A stretch of 57,999 nucleotides of DNA, counting the filler, from Moniliella sp. 'wahieum' (lineage: Eukaryota), in the NCBI GenBank assembly GCA_003971905.1. It is 3 parts of 3 records of this genome, joined end to end, with 100 filler letters (N's around TTAATTAATTAA, not from the genome) between each part and the next. Parts side by side here need not be neighbours in the genome. Positions count along the whole stretch, not along the records: positions 18,901 to 37,391 come from RSEE01000199.1; 2 more parts are not named here. The stretch is one strand, 5' to 3'. Below are positions 22,500-36,000 of the stretch, in pieces (within the stretch, counting starts at the first letter, position 1; the number at the start of each line of letters is the position of its first letter). Made by a program: the position numbers and the translations under genes. The notes beneath the pieces are model-generated. The model did not search any database and was not told the DNA's origin. It saw only the letters and a list, made by a program, of their open reading frames with translations.

Positions 22500-23950
22500 G
22501 CCTTTCGAAGAATCATGGGTGTACAGCTCCGGCTTGAATCGCCGAAGGCGGCACTCAATCCCCTCTCTCTCGAAACAAACGGGATGGAGGGGTACCCACA
22601 GGGATGTTCATTTGCAGAGGGGCTGTTGACCCCTTTCATCCTCTCCGCCGCTACGTCCAACTTGGTCTCACCCTCGCGGGAAGCATCGATACCACCCTGC
22701 ATTCCTTTCACGCCCCCCCCCCCTCGCCCTACACGTCCAAAAAGGGCATACCGAATGTCAGCTTACTCATCAGCTGCGTACATCCAGTGCTTGCAGTAAG
22801 TCCTCACATTTGCTTCTTTTAGCTCATCACTGACTTTCGCATATGAAAACAAGATGCGCATTACAACGTGAAACCCACTCGCTTCGACACAAACGTGCCG
22901 GGAAGACAAGAGATCGCGCTGCAACTTGCGTTACTCGGAGCGTCTAGGAAGAAAGGAGGTGGCATCGTCATTCATCAACACCATCACCACTTGACCACGC
23001 AGGTTTTCCCCTGTATTGCGTTTCCCTGTCGACTGATCGGCAAAGGATGGCCAGTGCGTCCCCGAGCTTTACTAGCACATCGCCCGGTCCTCTTTACTTT
23101 CTTTGTCGCCCCGAGGGTCCCCCGTCTTCCGTACATGTTTCAACGTGGCGTGGAGCAACGTGCTATATGTGGAGTTCGGGATGGGCATGTATACGTTGGC
23201 CATTATCTTCAAACGCCGGCGAAAGGAATGCTTGATGCTATTAGCTTCGTGATTGCTGTCTGCCCGCCTTTTACTCTTACTTTCAACCAACTTATCAAAG
23301 AAGCAGCGCCCCTCGAAGGTGGATGTGCCATCTTTGGTTGAAACTTTGGGGCTCAACGCTCGAAGCGCCTCTCAATACTTCATCCTGTGCTGCGCCATCC
23401 ACCTTGCGCGACCTGCCAACGTGCTCGTCGATGTACCTGCATGTCAGGACGAATATGCACTAGTCCCGTATGCATACCGTGCTGTTCACCTTGTCTATGC
23501 CCTAAGAATGTGGCTCAACGTCGCCGCCATTACCAACGATGCGATTAGCTGCTACCGGTATGGACGGTATCTCTGCATTACTGGTACACACATGCGTTTC
23601 GACGAAGCTGCTGGCTCAGATTGTGGTGATGGTACGTTGTCCACGCTGTCTTGTCCTCTCTTGTGGCGCGAGTTACTGACAATCGACGTGGACCAAACAG
23701 CACCAGTAGTACTTGCAGCGTACGTACTTACACCACAAAAGGAAACTGCCGGCATCAATGCCTCTTGTCCACAGGCATGCGACGCGTATGCGGTGGGTGA
23801 AAGTGCAGGCACTGCTCTACTTGACAATGGGCACCCGCCCTCTCCCGTCAGTGCGAGCACCGCTCTCCCTCCGGTGGGATCTGTACGGAGGGCCCTGATT
23901 GGGCATTGGCCGGAAAGGGACGTGCCAAAGTAATGTCCGAGCCCCATCCC
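22500..23950 (-). CDS. Probable intron-containing hypothetical gene or gene remnant
   Basis: Minus-strand intron-like signals (GTAAGT..CAG near 23676-23731; GTATGC..CTGAC..CAG near 23437-23477) and open stretches such as YIDEHVGRSRKV and HSFRRRLKIMANVYMPIP; no family recognised. Confidence 0.3.
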
Positions 23951-25831
23951 CCGCTTTAAACGGCAGAGAGGCGCCAATTCTACGTGGTAGCGAGCTGTGC
24001 CTGGCCAACACGGCGGGTGCCTTGAAGTCGTCTGCAGCGCTCCCTGCTACAGCGCAGCTCTGACGCGGCTGTTGTTTGCGGGAGGGGGAGGGGAGGGGCT
24101 TAGTGGATATCAGTTTGTGCCCGCCGCGTAAGAAGGCGGCGGGCGCAAACCGAGCAGCCCCGCGAACAACTGCATTCGACCGCCCCCGCCAGGCCGCCCA
24201 GAAAGGGCTACTGCCCGCTCGCATCCGCACGTGGGTCATGGGGCGGGGGTGGGGATGGTCAAGCGGCTGAGGGTGGGCCGCATACGGCGAGGGTGGGGGT
24301 CGGGTGTGGACACTGTCCTCGCCACAGCCCTTTGTGCGCCTCCCCGTCGGGGGGAGCGTTGTGGCCACCACTCGCTTGTCGCGCAGAACAGTCGCGATCC
24401 ATTCAGCTTGGCTGCGGCCACACCACCCAACCCTAGCAGCGCTCCGATTGAGATCTCGTCACGTTTTGGGACGGCTTCCGCTTCTCGACCACCAACCAAC
24501 ACTTTCGGCCTCGCGGCACCTCGTTGTCTCGCTCCCTTTTCGCCCTCTTTTCTCGCTGCGCCGCAGGCGAGATGCAGCTCGTGGGGGGCGCGCCCTTCGG
24601 TTACGCATCTTGCTGCGATGCAGGCATCGAGAAGGCAGCCTAGCGGCGGCGTGTGGGCGGCGACTTGCGCCCGGCGGCCCCAGTTATCGGCACGACAAAA
24701 CGTGGCCATGAGTGCAACCTGGCACTTATCTTTTCCGGTTCTGCCACCTCTGTTCAAAGCGAGATCCGCCGTGGGGGAATGCAAGCACTGGAACGCGGCC
24801 CACACATGAGGTACCGTCAGCTGAGCTATGGTGTGGTGGCAGCGAGGGTGGCAGTTGGAATTGCCCACTCCCTTTGATGGGTAACAGGATGTGGCGTACA
24901 TCTCTCAAAACCAGCAGCCCCCATCCAACAGCAACACCGCTTTCGGATGGTTCTCAAGCAGGTATATGCTCTTCTCCAATTTGAACCGCCTCCCACCTTA
25001 GCCGAGGTCGACACTTCTGAACCTGATATGGCTCCCTGGTGGAGTGCTCGACATCCCTCTCGCCCCGATCCCCAGTTGTCTCTCCAAGATCGGCGGTGCT
25101 TGCCCCCCCAAGAACAAGCATTTCCGCAGACCGGTTCGATGGTAATTGCCGTACCCGGGACGAGGGAACCGATTTGGTCTTACCAACTGGACTTGGACGG
25201 ACCCCTTGGGCTAGTCATGGGTCACACTCGAAACGAAGTCCCTCGACACGTGGTTGTCACGTCAGACGGGCTAGGAGAGGTCTTGAGACGGGCGTGGGCT
25301 TGACCTTTGTAACACAGGAGCCAACAATGACGCCATGCCAGTGGCTTCTATCAGTAGTTGCACTGATAAGGTGGGGTTGGATATGGTGCCCTCCGTTGCA
25401 GTGGGGCTCTCGTACCCCTACTTCCTCCATCGACCAGTGAAACTGGCTCACATCGTTCATGTCCCCCATGTCGGTGTTGCGGCCAAGAGAGGGCTAACTT
25501 GCCATCAAGGCACGCTGTATCGGGTGGGGGGTATCTCATCCGTCCGCTTGGTTGGTTCCGACAAGCCCATCTCGCCGCCGTCTTCCTAGCTGGCGCCTTC
25601 CTTGCCGTCTTACGGCCGCGTTGTGATGCACTTTCACGCTGCCCTGTGCCTATACTCGCTATGCGTTCATCATGTACGAAGCCACCCATGCCTTGCCTTG
25701 CTGTGATGTACTGACCAGTGCGCTAAACAGGTACAAATACGCTTGATGGAGTCGAATAGCTGACACAATAAGCAAGGGATCGCCCTGGTAGCTGCAGAGG
25801 GTTTCCCTCCGCAGCAGATTATCCCGCTCCA

Positions 25832-26770
25832 GATTAAACCTGCCGGGGAAGAGACGGCGGAGACGGTACTGAAGCACTTCTCTTTGGCAAGGCAGGTCTC
25901 CCCTTTCTTCAAGGCCCGGCGACAGCTGACGACACGCCGCCTGTCGTCTGCGACCAATACGGACAAGGGAGCAACGAGCCGGTTTGCCCTTTACCACATT
26001 GGGCGCAACCAGCTTGCCGAAAATGGAACCTCGCACCTATCGCCCTACTTGTCGGCGGGCGTGATCAGTGCGCGGGCGTGCTTGCGGCAGAGCCAGGCGC
26101 AGACGGGGTGCAGGCTGGTGCTCGACCGCCCCTCGGGGCCAGAGCAGTGGAACATCGAGCTGGGGTTTCGCGACTTTTACGGGCATGTGCTAGCAGCGTG
26201 GCCGCGGGTGATCATGGGGCGCGCGTTTGTGCAGCGGTACGAGGCGGTGGTGTGGGAGGAGGACGAGGTGGGCTGCAGGCGTGGAAGGAGGGCCGGACGG
26301 GCTCCCTGATCATGGACGCATGCGTACGGCAGTGCAAGGGCAAGGCGCGATGCACAGCCGGGGGCGCATGATCGCCGCCACGTTCCTCAGCAAGCATCTG
26401 ATGCTGCACTGGCGGCGAGGCGAGCAGTACTTTATGCGCAACTTCATCGACGGCAACCTCGTGGCCAACAACGGCGGCTGGCAGTGGTCCGCGTTGACGG
26501 GGACGGACACGCAGCCCTACTTCTGCATCTTCAACCGGTGGCGTAGTCGGAGAAGAGCGATGCGAGCAGCGCGTTCATCCGCTGGTGGGTGCCCGAGCTG
26601 CGCAGCGTCGAGGGCGCGGCGATCCGCATACCCTACGAGCAGCTGCCGCGCGCGGCCTTTGCCAAGCCGGCTACCCGGCACCGATTGTCAACCACCGGCC
26701 ACGCCCGCGAGCGCGCGCTGCGCCGCTTCAGACGCCGGGCCGGCGGTGGTAGTAGCAGCCGCGCTGGTTA
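25832..26770 (+). pseudogene. Class I CPD photolyase (PHR1-like) C-terminal FAD-binding half, degenerate and apparently lacking the N-terminal domain
   Basis: PAGEETA..; [100 protein letters not shown]; several conserved residues substituted. Confidence 0.75.
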
Positions 26771-28126
26771 GGGGGCGCTGGTCACCTGACCTGACCCACC
26801 CCGGTACGTCCTCGCCAGATTAAACACCTCGCAGCAAGCAATGGCAAGTTCGGAGGACCATTATAAAGGCGTGGATTGAGTCTTGGCAGTCTTTTGTCAC
26901 CAGGTTGTGTTGATGAAGAACGGGACGCGCATCTGCAAATTGCCTCGCAACCCCGAGGAAAGAGGGTCAGGCCTGAGGCTGTGCGACCTGCAGGATGAGA
27001 AGCTGTGCGTGCTGATTGTCCCTCGTGATGTGCTTGGTCACGGTGCTCGCCTCTCTCTGGGCTTACCGACTCAGGATGGGCATGCAGATACCTGTATGTG
27101 GTTCATATCCTTCTGCGGTAGTCCAAGTTACTGGCATTTCGCATTGTGGTGAGTAGGCGGCTCGACCCGTCAATGGCACCATCAGGACTCTATTGAGAGC
27201 ATGGCGCGGCCCGGAAATGGTGAGGCTAATACACAATCAGGCTGGTGACCAAGCCCTGGTAGATCGGACGAGGGGCAGGATGTGCTCGTCCACTGTTCGG
27301 AAGGTCTTGCCTATGAGGCGTGTTCTTTTGGTTGATGACGCTGGCTAGCGCCTTGAGTGACCGTGCTAACGGGCTCCCTGCCCGTTAATTAGTACCTATC
27401 CTCCCAAGCGGCCTGCATGTAATGCATGAGATCTAGAAGGCTAGCCATACCACACACATCTATATTCAGTCTCACCCCAGTCCATCCGATTTGTAGCACT
27501 GATCGTACTGATCTCGGCGTCAATTTGCCACAACGGCTCTTAAGTTGATCTGCGTTTTATGTTCCAAAAACTGCGCTCTCGCTCGCTACCCCATGCAGTA
27601 CTGTCTTGGAGCCTTGATCAGGTAGTAGGGGGGCACGCCTGCGTCTGATGTCGAGGAGAATGGGATGCGCACATTCCTTTCTTCAAGAGTGAGCCTGGGA
27701 CGTGCCTGGCAAACCTCAAGCTGGGTGGGACTGTCGCCCATGAGGATGGTCACCGACCATCGGTCATGCGCATGTGGCCAGCGCATGAAGCTCTTCGTCT
27801 GCTTCAACCTGGCCGTTTGATTGTGGCCGTTTCCACCACGATCCCGTTGGCTTGCTATAATCGCACCGAACACCAAACGCACAGTATGAAACATCACATA
27901 TCCAGGGTCCGTTCTGAAACCGAAAGCACCAGTTGAGCTGCAAGGCGGGCAGGGAAGGAACGGTCGAGAGAAGAGAGAAGGCCATTGGGCAAACAAGAAG
28001 GAAGTAGTCTATCAGAAGATGCAGGAACCGGAGAGGCAAGCAACGTCGTGTAGCGGCCAGCGCGACGTTGCCGAAAGATAGGTAAATAGCGGCGGGACCA
28101 ACCGTCTTCCCCCACCTGTTGGCGGC

Positions 28127-28922
28127 TTATGTCGACAAGGACGGTTTGCGTCGCTTCAGTTTCGAAAAGAAGCTGGCCGAGCGTGATAAGGCCGAGCCTC
28201 CTTCGGGAGAAGACGAGGGAACCTGCTGGGTCGCTGCCCGAGCTGGGTTGGAGGGAGGTGGGTGGATTGGAACTTGACGCGTCCTTCCGCTCCTCCTCCT
28301 TCCTGAACCGGCGCATGACGAGCGGGAGCGTTTCGGTACATCGCTCGTCTGTGTGGTTGGCGGGGGCTGAGTAGCAACATGTGAGGGGCCCTTGCCGCCT
28401 GTCAGGATCGTCTCCAGGTCCAAGGCGGAGGAGGCAGCCGAGGCAGTGAGGTACGGCTGCGGAGGCGCGAGGTGCTTAGGTGCAGCAAAGTCTTGCCACG
28501 GCTCCTCGCTCACGCCCCACACATCCGCGTTGAGGCTGGCCACACTTGGCGTGGCGGGGGGTGGTGGCGTGGGTAGCTCCTCGCCGTGGAAGGCAAGGAC
28601 GGGGGGCGGGTGGCGGGTGGCGTGGCGGTTGCGGTGGGCGGAGACGGCGTCGTAGGGCGAGTCGTGGTGGAAGAGAGAGCTGCCGCCAATGCCGACGCAT
28701 CCATCTGGTCAATCACGTCCATCGGGTCGCCTGCTTGCTCTTGCCGCGCTCGTCATGCTGCGTGCCATTTCAGTCACGGGGCGGTCTGAGTTGGCCGGGC
28801 GGGGGCGCTGGTTTTGCACGACGTCCTGCACGGCATCCTTCAAGCCTGGCGGAGAGGAGGGTGAGTATCCAGCGTCGGTGCGTGCGCAACGGGGGAGGGG
28901 GGGACGCACTGCGGCGGGGCAT
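28127..28922 (-). CDS. PAL1: Pal1-family cell morphology/endocytic protein
   Basis: Across a frameshift: DVIDQMDASGIGGSSLFHHDSPYDAVSAHRN (Pal1 motif DxID..FHHD.P.DA..HRN); ADVWGVSEEPWQDF; ends ...SFFSKLKRRKPSLST*; start approximate. Confidence 0.8.
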
Positions 28923-29163
28923 GGCGGGGAGGAGCGGGGGAGGCAAGGCAAGGCGGAGGTGGTGGCGGAGCAGATGGGAGCGAGCGGGCAGCGGCGCTCG
29001 GAGGGCCCAAGGAGGCACACGTGGCGCGTGCGAGCAACCGCACACCAGGGGGCCTGCGTGCTCACACTGCCCCCGCGCCTCCTTCCCCGCAGGGGGCATG
29101 CCATCGATCAGTTGGCCGGACGCGGGCACGGCGCGCGTGCTGTCTCAGCGCGGCGCCAAGGCG

Positions 29164-29189
29164 GGTGACCGGTGACCGGTGACCGGTGA
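29164..29189. repeat. (TGACCGG)n 7-bp palindromic repeat upstream of PAL1
   Basis: ggtgaccggtgaccggtgaccggtga. Confidence 0.9.
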
Positions 29190-30943
29190 GTGGCCTTCGC
29201 CGGCCGCCGCCCACGCACAGGGGCAGTGCCTGCGGGACTATGCACCATGACTTACTGGGATGGCAGGGTGCCCTGGCCTGCACTGGCCGACACTGGCCAA
29301 GCTCGGTTGCTCACAGTGCACAACACGTAACGCGCCTCACGCGCCATGCACCATGGCCAGCCCGATGGGAACCCTAGCGGTCTCGAGTGGGACACATGGG
29401 CGCATTCGCCAAGCTTCTAGCTCTGTCGCTGCCCATCCTGACGCCACACGCCAAGTGACAACCAATCGACAGCTCCTTGCTACGTCGGTGCCAAGCCCCC
29501 ACAAGTGCGTCATCCCCACCGCACAAATCCAGAAAGGGGACAAGGAAGAGAAAGAGCGGGGAAAGCGGGATGGGGGGCTACGGGACGTCCCCTCTTGTCG
29601 AACTCCGCCATCTGCCCACATCCAAGACTGGCTGGGGCACAGTAGGTAATGTACAATGGTGCATGATCACAACACAAAGACCGTGTCCATGGTTCTCACA
29701 ACCAAGACGCGCTGCCAGCGGGGAGGGGGAGGACTGAAGCCGCCGCATCGGGCGTAACGCTTGCCTTGGTAGCCAGGATTGAAGAACCGTCGCATGATTC
29801 CCGCCGGGTACGGCGCCTATGACGCCAAAACTTCGCCATGACGCGCATGACGAGGCGGACAACCGATCTTGTCTTTGATGGGCGTAGTACCCAGGCCAGG
29901 CCGCCCCCTCAGCATTTCAGGATGCCCGATCCCTCGGCGGGTCAAGGCTTGGCTCTTGGGAACTTCCTGCTTTCGGGCGTAATTAAGGATGGATCGAGGG
30001 TTAGCTGGAAATTGGAGCTGGGAGACTGGAATGGGGGGAGACGAAACAGGGAGAGAAAGCAATGCCTGAAGTGATCCATTGAAGGAGGAGGAGGAGGAGG
30101 CACCAATGGGCCATGGGGGAAACCCATCTATTATGATCAGGTACGGGCGAGTCCAAAAGGGCACAACACAGTAGAGGGGACGGGGTCAAGACAAATAGGG
30201 GGTTGGGAGTGGCCACCGAGAAGGAAGACTTATCGCGTACAGTAGCAACGGGCAACCTACATTGATTTCCAAAATCGGAACTCTGCGCGACTTCAGACGA
30301 GCAGGCAAACAAGTAGAAACGCTTGGGCTCCGCTAAGCTCATTACTAGGCCATCTTCACCGCCGCAGATAATAAGCAGCACTGCAAAAGAGTGCATGGTC
30401 TTGGTTTGCACGACCCTTCGTCTGTCGTCTGTCATTGGAATCGACACGTTTCCGGCATCATGATTGAAACCCTCTCCTTGTGGGCACCCTAACTGATCGA
30501 AATGTGGTGAGAGGGGTTACTACGGGCTTAGTGTGGCCCAGCCGCCCCTGTAGTATGAAGTTGGTCATTTGTCCTTGCTGACGCAAGTTCGTTGGGCGCA
30601 GCGCTGGCACCCTCGAGGATGAACGGTTGGTGCCGTGCCTCCGACTACCTAAGCTTGCAGAAGGATGAGTGTCGACACCATCTACGGAGGTGTGTGGGGC
30701 CACAGTAGAGTGAGGGAGAGACAAAAGTGTTTTGAAGCTGATCTCGTTCATCTCATCTGCGCCTGAGCTGGACAAGGGTGGCCGTTGTCTCAACATTTCA
30801 AATCCCGGGCGGAACTCGGGGCAGGCGGCATGCCACCAGCGGGCCATTCATTCCGCCCCGCCGCAACCAGCTGATCTGTTCCTCGGCACAAACATGGGAT
30901 CAAAGGGATCGCGCTGCGGTTTCAAGCTTGCACCACCACCGCC

Positions 30944-32499
30944 ATGGCTGATTTCGACGACGAGCTTCTGCGTCTTGCGGGCGGCGGAGAGCAGGGCGCG
31001 CGCGCTCCCGCTCCCCCGGGAGTGATATGCACGGCAGCAGCGATGGTATGGTGCTCATGACGGGAGCGATGCCGAGGCAGACGACGTGGACCCGTACCCT
31101 TACCTCGGCATCTACAAGGATGAGGACGACCGCGAGTACATTGACGAGCTCCCCGAGTTGGAGCGCGAGGAGATTCTTGCTTCTCGTCGGGACGAAAGAG
31201 CAAGCGGGAACAAAAGCGCTCGCTGTTGGCCATGTACCAGACGCAGCAAGGCCAAGGGCACGATTCTGAGACGAAGCGCAAGTCGGCCAAGCGTCGGGCT
31301 GAGTTCAACTCGGATGAGGAGACGGAGAGCGAGCGCGAATCAGAGTACGAGGATGCCCCGAAGAAGCGTCGTCTCCTCGGCGGCCAGCAAGCGAGACAAG
31401 CTCAAGCAGCTCTCGGCCCGAGCCAAAGCGAAGAAGGCAGGTCCGGCCGAAGCCAGTTCGGAGGAGGAGCCGGTGCGGCGGGGATATGCCTCGTCGGACT
31501 CGGAATCGGATTTGAGTACAGGCGTCCAACCCAGCGCAAGCGCCATGGCAGTGTGGTACCAGCGATGATGACGAATGGGACGCGATCACTCAGCCACCAC
31601 CGCTGGAGGCCCTGAACGCACTCAAGCTCGATCGCCAACTGGTGATCAACGTGATGCACCGCCAGGGATGGGAGGCATTCCTGGCACAAGTTTATCAGAT
31701 TCTCCTGGGGTCCGAGATTGGATGAAAGTGGTCATCCGGTGGTGGATAGCCATGGCCGACCCGAGGAGGTGTTCCGCATCCACGAAGTCGAGGGCGTGAG
31801 CCATGGAGATGAGTACTATGAGTTGGCGCCAGGCAAGGCAACCAATGTGCGGATTCAAATCCGCCTATTTGGGGAGAAGAAGACGGTGGATTTGCGCTAT
31901 GTGTCCAACCGCCCCTTTACCCAATCTGAGGTGGACCGATGGGCGGCTTCCATTCGCGGAGTCCGCGGCCGGTTTCCCAGTGTGGGTGCAATGCGGCGGG
32001 CGGAGGAGCGGATGGGATGATTGCGTATCGCGACAAGGCGCAGACGCCAGAGGAGATCGAGCCTTGCTCAAGAACAAAAAAGAGGCTCTGGCTGCCTTCA
32101 AGGCGCAGCACCAAAACGAGGAAAGGATCGCGCGCGGCGCCTGGTCCGCCGCCACCGCCGCCGGCCAGTGTGGCGGCCAGGGATGAAGAAAACGAGCCGG
32201 GCGGGAGCAGGCGCTGGCGAACGGGCGGGCACGGCAAGGCAGACAATGCGCGTCTCCGGACGCGGAGAGGCGACAAGCGGGCGGCAGATCGCAGGCGCCG
32301 AGCCAGTCGCAGAGCCATCGCAGAGCCTGGGCCAGGCGCCGCAGCCGCTGGACATGCCGCGCCCGGCGGCAACGGCTGGCTCGGGGCTGAGTCTGCTGCC
32401 GAGGGGCTGAAGGCGCAGCTGACGGCGCTGGTGGACAAGGCGCAGGATGCGTATGCGATGGCGCTGCTGGCGGTGGATGTGGATGTGGGATCGGGGTGA
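30944..32499 (+). CDS. RTF1: PAF1-complex subunit Rtf1 (Plus3 domain)
   Basis: MADFDDELLRLAG; DPYPYLGIYKDEDDREYIDELPELEREEILASR; Plus3-like VFRIHEVEGV..YEL...DLRYVSNRPFTQSEVDRW; C-terminal LAVDVDVG. Confidence 0.88.
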
Positions 32500-33076
32500 G
32501 GCTGGCGGCGGTCTGGATCTGGAGCGCGATATGAATGAATCGAGACGCGTGACGTGTGCATCGAAGGCGGGGCAGGACGTGCGGCGGGGGGTTGCTAGTA
32601 AACACTGCCAAGGCAACACTGAAAGTGGTAGAAAAGCAGGGGAGGCCGGCAGCCGAAGCGTGACGCGCGGCGCGCGAAGAGAGGTATACGAGGGGGACAG
32701 GTGATGGCGTGACGGGCTGGGTGGGTGGGTGGCGCGGGGGCAGTGTGGGGCGTGGCGCCGGCGCGGCGGGCAGGGCGGCAGTGTGTGCGGGCGAGGGCAG
32801 TGCGGGGAGTGGGGAGTGCGCCGGCGGTGCCTGGCAGTGCCTGGCAGTGTCGGGCAGTGCGGGCAGTGTGGGCGTGCTGGGCAGGCCGCTTCCGCCGACG
32901 CTTCCGCTCCGACGCCGCTGGGCGGCTGTCTGCTGGGTTCTGGCGCCACACCGGCCACATCCATCCGCTCCGGCCCAGCCGCATCCAGTCCACCCACGCC
33001 TTCGCCTCGTCCCGCCACCCTCGCCGTCGCCGTCGCCACCGCCCCTCCCCTCCCCCCCCTCCCGCTGCGCTGCGCG

Positions 33077-36000
33077 ATGCCTCCCTCCTCGCGCCGCCCA
33101 GCGGCGAGCCTGCGGCAGACACCGCGCTCCGCTCCCACGCCATCGCCAGCCTCCGCCGCGCCGCCTCCACCGCACCCCCGCCCCCGCCCCCGCCCCCGCC
33201 CCGTCCCGTCCCCTTCCCCCCAGCGGCCCCAGCGGCCCCACCCCACCCTCCCCACCCGCCTGGCCCACGCGCATAGCGACGACAGGTGACCAAGCAGGCA
33301 CTACCGACAACGACGACAGCGACGACGATCGTGACGAAGCGCACGACACCCAGCCTGGGGATGGCCAGGCTCAGCAGGCCTATCCGCACCCACCCGGCGA
33401 GGGCGACACAAACCTCCAGCTGCAAATCCAGCAGCTGCTCCAGACGCAGCAGCAGATCCAGCAGCTCCAGGCTTCGCTCCTGGCCAGGGCCTCCCGCCCA
33501 CGTCGTCAACTACCCGTCTCCACCGGCCCCCAGGGACTCCCCTTGCTCACGACCCCGCCCGCCCCCCCTCTCACCTCCAGTCCAACGCCTTTTCCCCCAG
33601 CTTAGCCCCGGCCTCTCGCCCTTGCTGGGGCTGCTCCCTTCGGGGACACTGGGAATGCCCGGATTGGGTGCCGGGGGGGCTGGGCATTGCTGGCGCTGGC
33701 TGGCGTGAGCTCTGCGGACCCTTCCATTGCGCCATTGGTCACGCCTGCCCCAGGTTTGGGCTCCCCGCCGTGACCTCCCCCCGCGCTCACCTTGTCTGCC
33801 AACGCGTCTCTTGCACCCCCTAGGAGAAAAGAGCCTCCGCAACGAAGCCCCTTGCCTTCGCTCGAGCAACTGCGTCAGCGCATCCTCAACGAGCGCCAAA
33901 AGCAGTCTCTTCGCCGCAGCGCGAATCCACCTCGTCTTCAGCTCATTCTGTGGCGCGCGCACACGCCCTAGAAAAGCTGATCGGTGTCGGAGCCGGCATC
34001 AGCCAAACGACGAGCCTCTATCCCACCGACCACTTAGAGGCAGGGCGAACCGGCCCGCCGCCGAACACTTCTTGGCCAGCCGGAGCTTGAAGGGGACGAG
34101 GATGCATCGTTGGAGGACGAAGACGATCCGGACGCATTGGTCGTTCCCACGTCTTCCCCCGTGCCGAACATTCCCTGTCCGCTTTATCCCGTCAAGTGAC
34201 TCGGACAGCGACGACAGCGAGGACGAAGATTGGGGGGATGATTGCGGAACGAAAAGAGGGCATCGCGAATCCCTCTGTTTAAAACATCTTTGGCACCCTC
34301 CTTGCACGAGGAGGCGCTGGAAGAGGGGGGCGGCCGCGTCGTCCCGCCCTATTCGCCAAAGTTCCCCAAATGAGCAACGTATCAGACCCTTCCTCTTCAT
34401 ATACGGCCGACCCTCAGACGTTCGCCTCCGATTGGGGGACTGACGGCCATGGCCGAACAACGCACCGCGCCGCCTTTCTTGAAACGCTCATCCAACCCGA
34501 GAGGAAAGCGGCAACAAGCTCTGCCCTCGGCGCGGGAGTCGCTCGAGTGCAGCTGCTACGAAAACTTTCGGCCGCACGCTTCCAAACCGGATCGGTCCGG
34601 ACGCAGGGCCTGTCAGTGCGACCCACTTCCTCCGCGCCGCCCTCTACCACGCAAGGAAGCCTCAATGTCCATCAAAGCGAAGTGAGTTCGATCAGCACAG
34701 GAGCTAGCACAGAAGTCGGATCCGTACGAAATGCGCGGGTTGTCCAGGTTCAACCCGTGTTGCGCACTGGTATGGCCTGTTTCGAGGGACATTGTGTCCT
34801 CCCACGATCCGGGGGAGCATCGTCCCGGTCATCATGGGCCCGTCAGGGGGTGCGCCCTTAGATACAGATGATTGGCCACGCTCACTCAATCGTCCTCGGC
34901 CGTCATGCCAGGACTGGAATCGTTGAGGGCCATGACAGATGGTACGTGCGTTTCCCCTCAAATGGATGAGACTGACCTAGCCGTTAGAAGACCAAGGCAA
35001 TGATCCTACTGCTCGATCATCTCCAACGGAATCGCTCAATCTCGACGTTGCCCAGCGGCGGCCGGAGTGGCCTTGCGCTCCCGTCCGCTTTCTGTCTCGC
35101 AAGACAGCAAACGATTCAGCATGTTGCGTCCTCATGACGGAAAACGACTCGGAGTTGAGCGAGGTGAGCGACTCGGAGGAAGGGGATCAGCAAGGCGGGC
35201 ATCCTTTACCGGAAGAAGGATCGGATCTGGAGGCAAGTGCCTCATTCCTCCTCCACTGCCGGGCACGGGCGACCGACTCCTTCTCCTCCGCAGTCGGGGA
35301 TGCATCGACAGCTGCTGCACTGGCTGCTGCTACCGTGGCTGCTTCGGGCGGGAGTCTGCTCGTTCCTCGGCCTCCGCTCCCGTGCAGATGCGTCACCCCA
35401 ATACCAGCACCACCTCCTCCCTCCACCACCCCCACGCAACACCCTCGATGCGTGGTTCCCGCCTGCCTCTCCACCGGCCGACACATTGTCCTTCCTCACA
35501 GCCGGACCCACTCGGCCACTTCGCCCTTGGCCAACGTGTTTCCCTACCATTCTCAATCTCCTCCAGCATCGCCTACGCCTCAAATCCCGCCGCGTTCGCA
35601 CACGGTGGCCACAGGTACATCCCAGCCTGTGTCCTCCCGCCAACGGGGGGCGGGTCCTGGGTGGCCAAGTCGGCGGCGCCGAAACTGGATTGCGTCTTCC
35701 GACACCACCGTCGCCAACGGTTCACGGGCCGTATCTGCATACCTCCTCGAGATCTACCTCGCCTGGACCCGACTCTATGGGCGGGGCGCAACTTCCCCCC
35801 CAACTTATTCCAGGACCCTGCCACGCATCACTCGGATCGCCCTCCTCGCACCTAACCCGGAACGATCACCCTCACTCTTGGGTCGGACCCAGTCAGGCCT
35901 AAAGCGATCGATTTTTGGCTCGCTACGGAGAAAGAAAACACCTGAGCCATTAAAGTCGCTGGTCTTGCTGGCGAGACATCGAACGGTCGGACCGTCTGCC

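Noticed and set aside
31865..33605. Long overlapping ORFs (up to 494 aa), and the similar 5934-7175 ORF
   Set aside because: GC-rich, stop-poor antisense or shadow frames of real genes and promoters with no domain signal
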